From Coleofasciculus chthonoplastes F2-STO-03 (GTDB lineage: Bacteria > Cyanobacteriota > Cyanobacteriia > Cyanobacteriales > Coleofasciculaceae), in NCBI GenBank assembly GCA_040222015.1, contig JAVJWO010000041.1:14823-78822 (forward strand): 64,000 nucleotides of DNA, in the 5' to 3' direction. The position numbers were made by a program, and so were the translations under genes. Below are positions 39,227 to 47,672 of the stretch, one piece after another (position 1 is the stretch's first letter; the number at the start of each line of letters is the position of its first letter). The notes under the pieces were generated by a model. The model had not been told where the DNA came from, did not search any database, and worked only from the letters and a program-made list of their open reading frames with translations.

Positions 39227-42117
39227 GAAAGAAGCTGATTGAAGTTGCCCTGCCTCTAGAAGCCATTAATGCAGAATCGGCTCGTGAAAAGTCGATTCGC
39301 CATGGGCATCCCTCAACGCTGCATCTGTGGTGGGCGAGACGACCATTGGCAGCTTGTCGAGCCGTGTTATGGGCGTCTTTGGTCGATGATCCGTCCAGTT
39401 GGGCGGATAGGTTTCCCACAGAAGAAGACCAGAAGCGGGAACGGCAGCGACTCTTTGATATTTTAGGGCGAATTACTATCGAAACCGATAAAAAGGGGAA
39501 TCAAAAGCAAGTGGTGCGCGGTTTGGTGTCCTGGGATGATATCAAAGAACCGGCAATCATTGACGAGGCACAAAAGGAAATTGCCCGATGTTTGGCGTGG
39601 GAACGGGGGGAAGAACCGCCAACGAAGCCAGAGGCGGTACGGGATTATATTGCTAAATATGCGCCGCCTGTCTATGACCCTTTTGCTGGGGGTGGCTCGA
39701 TTCCTTTGGAGGCGCAGCGCTTGGGATTAGAAGCTCATGCGAGTGATTTGAATCCGGTGGCGGTGTTGATTAATAAGGCATTAATTGAGATTCCGCCTAA
39801 GTTTAAAGATTTATCGCCTATTAATCCAGAAAATCGCCAGAAAAAGGGGATGAATGTTTGGAAAGGGGCGCAAGGATTGGCGGCGGATGTGCGCTTTTAT
39901 GGGCAATGGATGCGGGATGAGGCGTTTAAGCGGATTGGGAATTTGTACCCGAAGGTGGAGTTACCAAAGGAGTATGGGGGAGGAAAAGCAACAGTAATCG
40001 CATGGTTGTGGGCAAGAACGGTGAAGTGTCCGAACCCGGCTTGTGGCTGTCAAATGCCTTTGGTGCGGAGTTTTCAGCTTTCGACGAAGAAGGGGAAAGA
40101 GGCTTGGGTTGAACCGCAAATTGACCGAGAGCAGACGCCGCCAGCGATTCGGTTTGAGGTGAAAACTGGGAAGGGAGAAGTTCCAGAAGGAACGGTGAGC
40201 CGCAAAGGTGCAGGGTGTATTGCTTGTGAAACGCCTGTGCCGTTTGACCATATTCGCAGTGAGGGCAAGGCGGGGCGGATGAGTCAGCAGTTGATGGCGA
40301 TTGTAGCTGAAGGGCAAAGTGGGCGGGTTTATCTTGCTCCTACTGAGGAACATGAAAAAATTGCCAATTCTGCTCAACCCGAATGGAAACCAGATACCGA
40401 TTTACCAGAACAAGCATTAGGTTTTCGAGTCCAGCTTTACGGTATGGTTAAACACGCCAATCTCTTCACCGATCGCCAACTTGTTGCTCTAACCACCTTC
40501 AGCGATTTAGTCAGTGAGGCAAGGGAAAAGGCGACGCAAGATGCTATCTCTGCGGGTCTGTCTGATGATGATGTGCCGCTGAATGATGGCGGGACTGGGG
40601 CAAGAGCGTATGGAGATGCGATCGCAACTTATTTAGGATTGGGATTAAGTCGATTAAGTGATATTTGTAATGCTCTATGCAGATGGGAAATTTCAAAAAC
40701 TCAAGTTCGTAATTTATTTGGTCGTCAAGCCATTCCAATGGTTTGGGATTTTGCTGAAAATAACTTATTTGCTAATGCAGCAGGTGATTTTGCAGTTAGT
40801 TTGGGAAGCTTATTAAAAGTTGTTGAACGAATCCAACCGGGAATTCTAGGGTCAGCAAAACAAAAGGATGCAATGACATCACTATCAACTACTCAGCGTT
40901 TCATTATTTCATCTGATCCTCCTTACTACGACAATATTGGTTACGCTGACCTCTCCGATTTCTTCTACGTCTGGCTCCGTCGCTCGCTTCAATCCATTTA
41001 CTCCGATCTTTTCAGTACGCTTCTTGTTCCAAAATCTCAAGAACTCGTCGCTACGCCCTACCGCTTTGACGGTGATAAACAAAAAGCTCAAACATTTTTT
41101 GAAGAGGGATTAGGCAAAGCCTTTAACCTAATGCATGAAGTTTCTGACACAGCTTATCCAATAACGATTTATTATGCTTTTAAACAAGCAGAGGCAGAAC
41201 AAAAAGGAAAAGCTGATGCATCAGTTGCTTCTACAGGTTGGGAAACTATGCTGGAAGGCTTGATGAAAGCTGATTTCAGTATTGGCGGAACCTGGCCCAT
41301 GCGAAGTGAACTAAGTAACCGCATGGTTGCTGATGATACCAACGCCCTCGCCTCCTCTATCGTCCTCGTCTGCCGCCCCCGCCCCACCGACGCACCCAAA
41401 ACCACCCGCCGCCAATTCCTCACCGAACTCAAACGCCAACTCCCCAAAGCCCTGAAAACCCTGCAACAAGGCAACATCGCCCCCGTAGACCTCGCCCAAG
41501 CCAGCATCGGACCCGGTATGGCAGTCTTCTCTCAATACGCCGCCGTTCTCGAAAACGACGGTTCCCCCATGCGGGTTCGCACCGCCCTACAACTGATCAA
41601 CCAAATCCTCGACGAATATCTCACCGAACAAGAAGGCGCATTTGACAGCGATACCCGCTGGGCGCTCACCTGGTTCGAGCAGTATCAATTTAACCCAGGA
41701 CAGTATGGTGATGCTGAAACCCTTTCCAAAGCCAAAAATACCAGTGTTAGTGGCATGGTTGATGCGGGAATCCTAGAAGCAAAGGGCGGCAAAGTTCGCC
41801 TGCTCAAACGTGAGGAGTTGAAGTCAGACTGGAATCCCAATAGCGATAGCCGGATGCCTGATTGGGAAGTCACCCAATACCTCATCCACGAACTCGACCA
41901 AAAAGGCGAGATGGGGGCGGCTGAAATGTTGGCGAAATTAGGCGAAAGAGGCGAAATTGCCAGGGATTTAGCCTATCGACTCTATAGCTTGTGCGATAGA
42001 AAAGGTTGGGCAGCCGAGGGCATTGCCTACAACAGCCTGGTTATCTCTTGGCCCGAAATTACTCGCTTGGCAAGTGAGTTTCAATCTCGACCAATTCAAG
42101 GCGACTTAGGATTTTAG
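39223..42117 (+). CDS. DUF1156-domain amino-DNA methyltransferase with Zn ribbon
   Basis: KLIEVALPL...LHLWWARRPLAACRA (DUF1156), DPFAGGGSIP (motif I), CPNPAC/CIAC, DPPYY (motif IV). Confidence 0.92.
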   Translation: MRKKLIEVALPLEAINAESAREKSIRHGHPSTLHLWWARRPLAACRAVLWASLVDDPSSWADRFPTEEDQKRERQRLFDILGRITIETDKKGNQKQVVRGLVSWDDIKEPAIIDEAQKEIARCLAWERGEEPPTKPEAVRDYIAKYAPPVYDPFAGGGSIPLEAQRLGLEAHASDLNPVAVLINKALIEIPPKFKDLSPINPENRQKKGMNVWKGAQGLAADVRFYGQWMRDEAFKRIGNLYPKVELPKEYGGGKATVIAWLWARTVKCPNPACGCQMPLVRSFQLSTKKGKEAWVEPQIDREQTPPAIRFEVKTGKGEVPEGTVSRKGAGCIACETPVPFDHIRSEGKAGRMSQQLMAIVAEGQSGRVYLAPTEEHEKIANSAQPEWKPDTDLPEQALGFRVQLYGMVKHANLFTDRQLVALTTFSDLVSEAREKATQDAISAGLSDDDVPLNDGGTGARAYGDAIATYLGLGLSRLSDICNALCRWEISKTQVRNLFGRQAIPMVWDFAENNLFANAAGDFAVSLGSLLKVVERIQPGILGSAKQKDAMTSLSTTQRFIISSDPPYYDNIGYADLSDFFYVWLRRSLQSIYSDLFSTLLVPKSQELVATPYRFDGDKQKAQTFFEEGLGKAFNLMHEVSDTAYPITIYYAFKQAEAEQKGKADASVASTGWETMLEGLMKADFSIGGTWPMRSELSNRMVADDTNALASSIVLVCRPRPTDAPKTTRRQFLTELKRQLPKALKTLQQGNIAPVDLAQASIGPGMAVFSQYAAVLENDGSPMRVRTALQLINQILDEYLTEQEGAFDSDTRWALTWFEQYQFNPGQYGDAETLSKAKNTSVSGMVDAGILEAKGGKVRLLKREELKSDWNPNSDSRMPDWEVTQYLIHELDQKGEMGAAEMLAKLGERGEIARDLAYRLYSLCDRKGWAAEGIAYNSLVISWPEITRLASEFQSRPIQGDLGF

Positions 42118-42241
42118 GTTTGAATTTGGGAATTCTAGAGGTGAAAATTAATGAAAGTACAAATCTTTTTCCCACTCTTCGAGAAGGACAAAGCCCTACA
42201 TCCCCCAGAGGGGAGCCGGAGTGAGAGTTCAGGACTTGAAT

Positions 42242-42340
42242 CCCCCTCACCCCCAGCCCCTCTCCCACCAGAGGAGAGGGGAGCCGGAGTTTCTAGTTCC
42301 CCTTCTCCCTCGATGGGAGAAGGGGTTAGGGGAAGAGGGT
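42242..42340. repeat. C-rich/G-rich inverted-repeat element
   Basis: CCCCCTCACCCCCAGCCCCTCTCCC...GAGAGGGG...CCCCTTCTCCC...GGGAGAAGGGGTTAGGGGAAGAGGG. Confidence 0.75.
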
Positions 42341-42552
42341 GAACAGCCTAAAGGCTTACCAGTATTGGTTTTTGCGTAATGAACTTAAAATTTATACCCT
42401 GCAATCCGGTCAATATCAGCAAGTTTCTACAAGTCCCACATTGCCAATCCTCAATTAGTCGCCGAGGTACTTGAACAAAGTATCACCATTGGCAGAAGTC
42501 CCGCCTTACGAGCCTTTCGTCAGACCATTCAAACCCAAAAATCCCAACTCTA
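42340..42552 (+). pseudogene. Frameshifted C-terminal remnant of a Uma2-family endonuclease
   Basis: AYQYWFLRNELKIYTLQSGQYQQVSTSPT, then in a shifted frame PQLVAEVLEQSITIGRSPALRAFRQTIQ*; resembles cyanobacterial Uma2 C-termini. Confidence 0.6.
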
Positions 42553-42576
42553 GCTGAAACCCCAAAACATAATAAC

Positions 42577-45500
42577 ATGGCAATTAGTAACCACGAACGA
42601 GTCGGTAGAGCCTTAAACTTACTGCGAGATGGACTCTATCCCTTCATTGAGCGAGAGATGAAAGCCAACTTTGGCGAGCGGTGGTTGAGTGCTGCCTCTG
42701 CTTGTCTTCCCGACCATTACGTGGCGCGTCGTGAGGTGAAAGATGTCCTCAAGGAAGATGTTTCTGCCTTACTGATGGTGATGTGGGAACAGTGGAATAA
42801 CGTCTTCCGCAATACCCTGGGACGCTCCGAACGCAGCATCGTCAGCGAACTACGGGATACCCGTAACGACTGGGCGCATACTAGCACCTTCTCCACCGAT
42901 GACGCTTACCGCGCCCTCGACAGCATGGCTCGCCTCCTCTGTGCCATCTCAGCCACTGAAGCCGATCAAGTCGAAAAGCAGAAACAAGAACTCTTGCGGG
43001 TTCGCTTTGAAGGTCAAGCCCGTCGGGAAACTCGCCGTGCGGCTGTGGCTCCCACTGTCGGACAGCCGATGTCAGGATTAAAACCCTGGCGCGAAATTAC
43101 CACCCCTCACCCCGATGTCGCCTCAGGGCGCTACCAACAAGCTGAATTTGCCGCTGACCTGTGGCAAGTTTACCTGGATGAAGGCTCCGATGAATACCGT
43201 GACCCCACAGAATTCTTCCGGCGTACCTACCTGACCGAGGGACTCAAGCAACTCCTGAGCGGGGCATTACTGCGCCTGAGTGGAAAAGGCGGCGATCCGG
43301 TGATTGAACTGCAAACCAACTTTGGTGGCGGTAAAACCCACGCCATGCTAGCACTGTATCATTTGTGCAATGCCTTAGCGATCGCGGATCTCCCTGGCAT
43401 GGAACCCATCTTCCAAGAGACTAGCTTGACCAAACCCCCCCAAAACGTCAACGTCGCCGTCCTTGTGGGGAATAAACTCCAGCCCAGCGGTATCGCCCCC
43501 TACAAACCCGAACACAAGAGCCAAAACCGTCCTTTGATCAAAACCCTCTGGGGTGAATTAGCGTGGCAACTCGGCGGGTTAAAGGGCTATGAAATCGTTC
43601 GTAATGCCGATGAAACCTCCACCAATCCGGGTGATGCCCTCAAGGTACTCTTCAACCGCTTTTCCCCCTGTTTGATTCTGATCGATGAATGGGTTGCCTA
43701 TGCTCGACAATTACACGACCGCAGCGATATTGCTGGTGGCAGTTTCGACACCCAATTCACCTTTGCTCAAACCCTGAGCGAGTCGGCTAAAAACGCCAAG
43801 CAGACTTTACTCGTTGTCAGTATTCCATCCTCTGATATTGAAATCGGAGGAGAGAGAGGCAAAGAAGCCCTTGATCGCCTCAAGAATGCGATCGGTCGCG
43901 TCGAGTCCCCTTGGCGACCCGCCAGCGCTGAAGAAAGCTTTGAGATCGTGCGACGGCGGCTGTTTCAGATCGCGGCTGACCCCAACCTCTTTGTCCAACG
44001 GGATGCTGTGATCCGGGCTTTCTCAGAAATGTACCGCACTCAGAGACAGGAGTTTCCCGCTGAATGCAAAGAAGGCGACTATGAGCGACGGATGCGAGAC
44101 GCCTATCCGATTCATCCCGAACTCTTTGATCGCCTCTACTCCGACTGGTCTAGTCTGGATAAATTCCAGCGTACCCGTGGCGTGCTGCGCCTGATGGCAA
44201 AAGTGATTCACTCCCTCTGGGAACGCAACGACCAAAGCCTAATGATTATGCCAGCCCACGTCCCCATGGACGACTCCCAGGTGCAGTCCGAACTAACCCG
44301 CTACCTGGACGATAACTGGATTCCCGTTATTGATAAAGACGTAGACGGCCCGAACTCCCTACCCCTGGCGCTAGACCGACAGAACCCCAATCTAGGGCGT
44401 TACTCTGCCTGTCGCCGAGTGACTCGCTCGATTTACATGGGTTCTGCCCCCACTCTACGAGCAGCCAATCGCGGACTGGAAGACCGCAGAATCAAACTCG
44501 CTTGCGTCCAGCCTGGAGAAACCGCCGCCACCTTTGGCGATGCCCTGCGCCGTCTCACCGACCAAGCCACCTACCTCTACATCGACGGTAACCGCTACTG
44601 GGTTTCAACCCAACCCAATGTCAACCGCACCGCCCAAGAACGAGCTAATCAATACCAGAGCGATCGTTACAAGGTTTGGGAAGAAATCATCAAACGACTA
44701 AAAAATGATAAGTCGCGCAATGAGTTCAGTGCCGTCCATATTGCCCCGGAATCAACCGCAGATATTCCCGATGACCCCAGTTTGGGAGTGCGTCTTGTCG
44801 TGCTTGCTCCCCAGCATCCCTACAGCCGTCTCAGCGACGATACCTCCGCTCGCCAATGGATTGAAGATGCCCTAAACCACAAAGGAAGCAGTCCTCGCTA
44901 CTACAAAAATACCCTGCTTTTCCTGGCTCCAGACAAAGCCAAAATTGAGAACCTAGAGCGGAATGTCGCTCAATACCTCGCCTGGGAGTCGATTCTCGCT
45001 GACGACAAGAAGAAAACCCTGAATCTCGATAACTTTCAGCGGAGTCAGGCAGAAACGAAAAGGGATGGAACGAACAAAGATGTTGATAATATTCTCAACG
45101 ATACCTATCAATGGCTCTTAGTGCCGATGCAACCGGATGCCCAAGGCGGTATCGAATGGAAGGAAACGCGGCTGCAAGGTCAAGACTCACCGATCGCGCG
45201 AGCAAGCAAAAAAGCTGTCCATGAAGGCGATCTCCTTGACAATTACGCCGCGACAAACCTACGCCTAGAAGCCCTAGATAAGTTCCTCTGGCGAGAAACC
45301 AACCATATCGACTTGAAGCGCCTCTGGGAGTACCTCACCCAATACCTTTACCTGCCGCGATTGAAAGACCAAAATGTCCTCCTCGAAGCCATCCGCAATG
45401 GCGTTACATCAACGATTTGGGCGGATAACTTCGCCTATGCTGAGGGATTTGACGAAGAAACGGGAAAATATCTCGGTTTGCTAGCGGGAACGGGAATAAC

Positions 45501-45939
45501 GCCTAGAATTAGTCCGCAAAGCTTGCTCGTCAAACCAGACATTGCCCAACGACAGTTCGACGCCGAACAAGCTCCGACATCTACAACCCCTAGTGGAAAA
45601 GGAGTGACAACAACGGGGACAGAATCGGGTGATAGCTCGCCCTCTGGTGATGAAGGAACGATTGGTAGCTCCGGCGATGGATCGGGAGGGAGCCAAACTC
45701 CTGTACTCCGGCGGTTCTATGGTAACGTTGAAATTGACGCCATGCGGGTGAATCGAGACGCTCCCGCGATCGCGAACGAGGTAATCCAGCACCTAACCGC
45801 TTTGCACGGTGCAAAAGTCAAACTCACCCTCGAAATTGAAGCAGAAATTCCTGAAGGGGTGCCTGATGATGTCGCCCGTACCGTCATGGAGAACTGTCGG
45901 ACACTTAAGTTCAACAGCCAATCTTTTGAGCAAGAGTAA
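42577..45939 (+). CDS. Swt1-like HEPN domain fused to a DUF499 AAA+ ATPase
   Basis: ELRDTRNDWAH (RxxxxH), PHPDV..G....AEFAADL, TNFGGGKTH (Walker A), LILIDEWV (Walker B), YPIHPELF, FQRTRGVLRL. Confidence 0.9.
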   Translation: MAISNHERVGRALNLLRDGLYPFIEREMKANFGERWLSAASACLPDHYVARREVKDVLKEDVSALLMVMWEQWNNVFRNTLGRSERSIVSELRDTRNDWAHTSTFSTDDAYRALDSMARLLCAISATEADQVEKQKQELLRVRFEGQARRETRRAAVAPTVGQPMSGLKPWREITTPHPDVASGRYQQAEFAADLWQVYLDEGSDEYRDPTEFFRRTYLTEGLKQLLSGALLRLSGKGGDPVIELQTNFGGGKTHAMLALYHLCNALAIADLPGMEPIFQETSLTKPPQNVNVAVLVGNKLQPSGIAPYKPEHKSQNRPLIKTLWGELAWQLGGLKGYEIVRNADETSTNPGDALKVLFNRFSPCLILIDEWVAYARQLHDRSDIAGGSFDTQFTFAQTLSESAKNAKQTLLVVSIPSSDIEIGGERGKEALDRLKNAIGRVESPWRPASAEESFEIVRRRLFQIAADPNLFVQRDAVIRAFSEMYRTQRQEFPAECKEGDYERRMRDAYPIHPELFDRLYSDWSSLDKFQRTRGVLRLMAKVIHSLWERNDQSLMIMPAHVPMDDSQVQSELTRYLDDNWIPVIDKDVDGPNSLPLALDRQNPNLGRYSACRRVTRSIYMGSAPTLRAANRGLEDRRIKLACVQPGETAATFGDALRRLTDQATYLYIDGNRYWVSTQPNVNRTAQERANQYQSDRYKVWEEIIKRLKNDKSRNEFSAVHIAPESTADIPDDPSLGVRLVVLAPQHPYSRLSDDTSARQWIEDALNHKGSSPRYYKNTLLFLAPDKAKIENLERNVAQYLAWESILADDKKKTLNLDNFQRSQAETKRDGTNKDVDNILNDTYQWLLVPMQPDAQGGIEWKETRLQGQDSPIARASKKAVHEGDLLDNYAATNLRLEALDKFLWRETNHIDLKRLWEYLTQYLYLPRLKDQNVLLEAIRNGVTSTIWADNFAYAEGFDEETGKYLGLLAGTGITPRISPQSLLVKPDIAQRQFDAEQAPTSTTPSGKGVTTTGTESGDSSPSGDEGTIGSSGDGSGGSQTPVLRRFYGNVEIDAMRVNRDAPAIANEVIQHLTALHGAKVKLTLEIEAEIPEGVPDDVARTVMENCRTLKFNSQSFEQE

Positions 45940-45952
45940 CGGATGACCACTC

Positions 45953-46942
45953 ATGACAAATCCTGATCAAACGATTGGTTATATACCCCCTGATTATCTA
46001 GAGTTCTACCCCGAAACGTTAGCACGAGAGGAAATTTTATCAGTACGTCAAGAGCGACAATCTAAATTATTTACCCCTCAAATGAGTCAGTACCGAGAAG
46101 CGGTGCAGGCGGTTCAGGACATCCAAAGTGATTGGTATGACTTCTCTGATGCTGTCGTCAAAGTGGGTCGTGCTGAGGAACTCACCGCCGCACAAAAACA
46201 GCGATTTTATCACTCGTTGCAAGCCTTTTGCCCTTGGAAAAAAGGACCCTTTGAACTGTTTGGGATTACCATTGATGCAGAGTGGCGTTCTGACTGGAAA
46301 TGGGCGCGAATTTTGCCCCATATCCATTCGCTGAAAAATCGCCGGGTGGCTGATATTGGCTGTCACAATGGTTATTTTATGTTTCGCATGGCGGATCAGG
46401 AACCGGACTGTGTAATTGGGTTTGAGCCAGTTCCTAAGCACTTTTGGAACTTTCAGCTTATCCAAAATATTGTTCAGCAACCGATGCTGACGTTTGAGTT
46501 ATTGGGGGTTGAGCATATCGATTTTTATCCGAATTTCTTTGATACAATTTTTTGTCTAGGAATTCTTTACCATCATCGAGATCCGATTAATTTATTGAGC
46601 AAACTGCGACAAGCGCTAGCACCAAAAGGTGAAATTATTATTGATTGTCAAGGAATTCCTGGGGAACTTCCTGTGGCGTTAACTCCCCGTAAGCGCTATG
46701 CTCAAGCACGCGGAATTTGGTTTTTACCCACCCAATCTTGTTTAGAGAATTGGCTAGTACGGGCTGGCTTTAGTCAGATTCACTGTTTCTTTGCTGAACC
46801 TTTGTCCGTGCAGGAACAACGCCGCACGCCTTGGGCAAATATCGATAGTTTACGCGAGTTTCTGAATCCTGATGATTTATCGGTAACGATAGAAGGGTAT
46901 CCCGCACCCTGGCGCTATTATGTAATTGCTCATAAAAGTTAA
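45953..46942 (+). CDS. cmoB: tRNA U34 carboxymethyltransferase
   Basis: PWKKGPF, IDAEWRSDWKW, DIGCHNGY, GILYH, RYAQ.R..WFLP, TIEGYPAPWR align with CmoB. Confidence 0.92.
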   Translation: MTNPDQTIGYIPPDYLEFYPETLAREEILSVRQERQSKLFTPQMSQYREAVQAVQDIQSDWYDFSDAVVKVGRAEELTAAQKQRFYHSLQAFCPWKKGPFELFGITIDAEWRSDWKWARILPHIHSLKNRRVADIGCHNGYFMFRMADQEPDCVIGFEPVPKHFWNFQLIQNIVQQPMLTFELLGVEHIDFYPNFFDTIFCLGILYHHRDPINLLSKLRQALAPKGEIIIDCQGIPGELPVALTPRKRYAQARGIWFLPTQSCLENWLVRAGFSQIHCFFAEPLSVQEQRRTPWANIDSLREFLNPDDLSVTIEGYPAPWRYYVIAHKS

Positions 46943-47027
46943 ATGGAATTTTATGGGTTTTTATGAACATTAAACCAAAACTACAACTAAAAATTTAGCA
47001 CACCAACTACGGAATAATCCATTTCTC

Positions 47028-47540
47028 TCAGGTTGGCAACAGCAAATCAACGTCCAACAAAAAGATAGTTTTTGATCCAGAATCTTGAGGAATTACTGCC
47101 ACATGACGGGCAATATTCACCGTATCAGAACGACGATAAGATTCCGGTAAAAGCCGAATCGCTGAAAGTGGTACATCTATTAAAATAGGCGCGTCAGCGA
47201 CAGGAATACCATAGAGTTCACCCGTTTTATTTTGCATCGTTACCAGATATCCTCCCCCATTGGCAGCTTCCGGTAAACTCTCTTTGAAAAAGCGCTGATA
47301 TAAATCAATAACCGTAATTTCTTCTTCGCCAGAGTGGGTGACTCCCACCTGATTCATCCCACTCCCATGAACAGGGGCGCGATTCAAGATTTTGTATACG
47401 GATTCAATTGGTAATGCTAGATGCAAGTTTCCCAAGGTAAAAAGAATTAACTTTAATACTTGTTTCCTGTCTCGTGTCGTTTTTTCTGAAAGTACGGATT
47501 GATTTTCTTTGGATTGAGTATTCATGACATTACTGTTCAT
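47028..47540 (-). CDS. cheW: CheW-like adaptor
   Basis: LALPIESVYKI, ITVIDL, YGIPV, FLLDVD; last gene of the chemotaxis cluster. Confidence 0.8.
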   Translation of the reverse strand: MNSNVMNTQSKENQSVLSEKTTRDRKQVLKLILFTLGNLHLALPIESVYKILNRAPVHGSGMNQVGVTHSGEEEITVIDLYQRFFKESLPEAANGGGYLVTMQNKTGELYGIPVADAPILIDVPLSAIRLLPESYRRSDTVNIARHVAVIPQDSGSKTIFLLDVDLLLPT

Positions 47541-47608
47541 AAGAGTTTAAAGGGGTAAACTAAAGCCATTCGAGTTCCTTTTTGCCTCTCTTTGAGCAGG
47601 GGAGGGTT

Positions 47609-47672
47609 AATGACAAAGGACAAATGACAAATGACTAATGACTAATGACTAATGACTAATGACTAATGACTA
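47609..47672. repeat. STRR heptamers (AATGACT/AATGACA)
   Basis: Read directly; overlaps the cheA stop codon. Confidence 0.85.

Noticed and set aside
42151..42342. 63-aa Pro/Ser-rich ORF inside the defence locus (candidate DUF3780 substitute)
   Set aside because: Mostly a translation of the C/G-rich inverted-repeat element; no recognisable domain.
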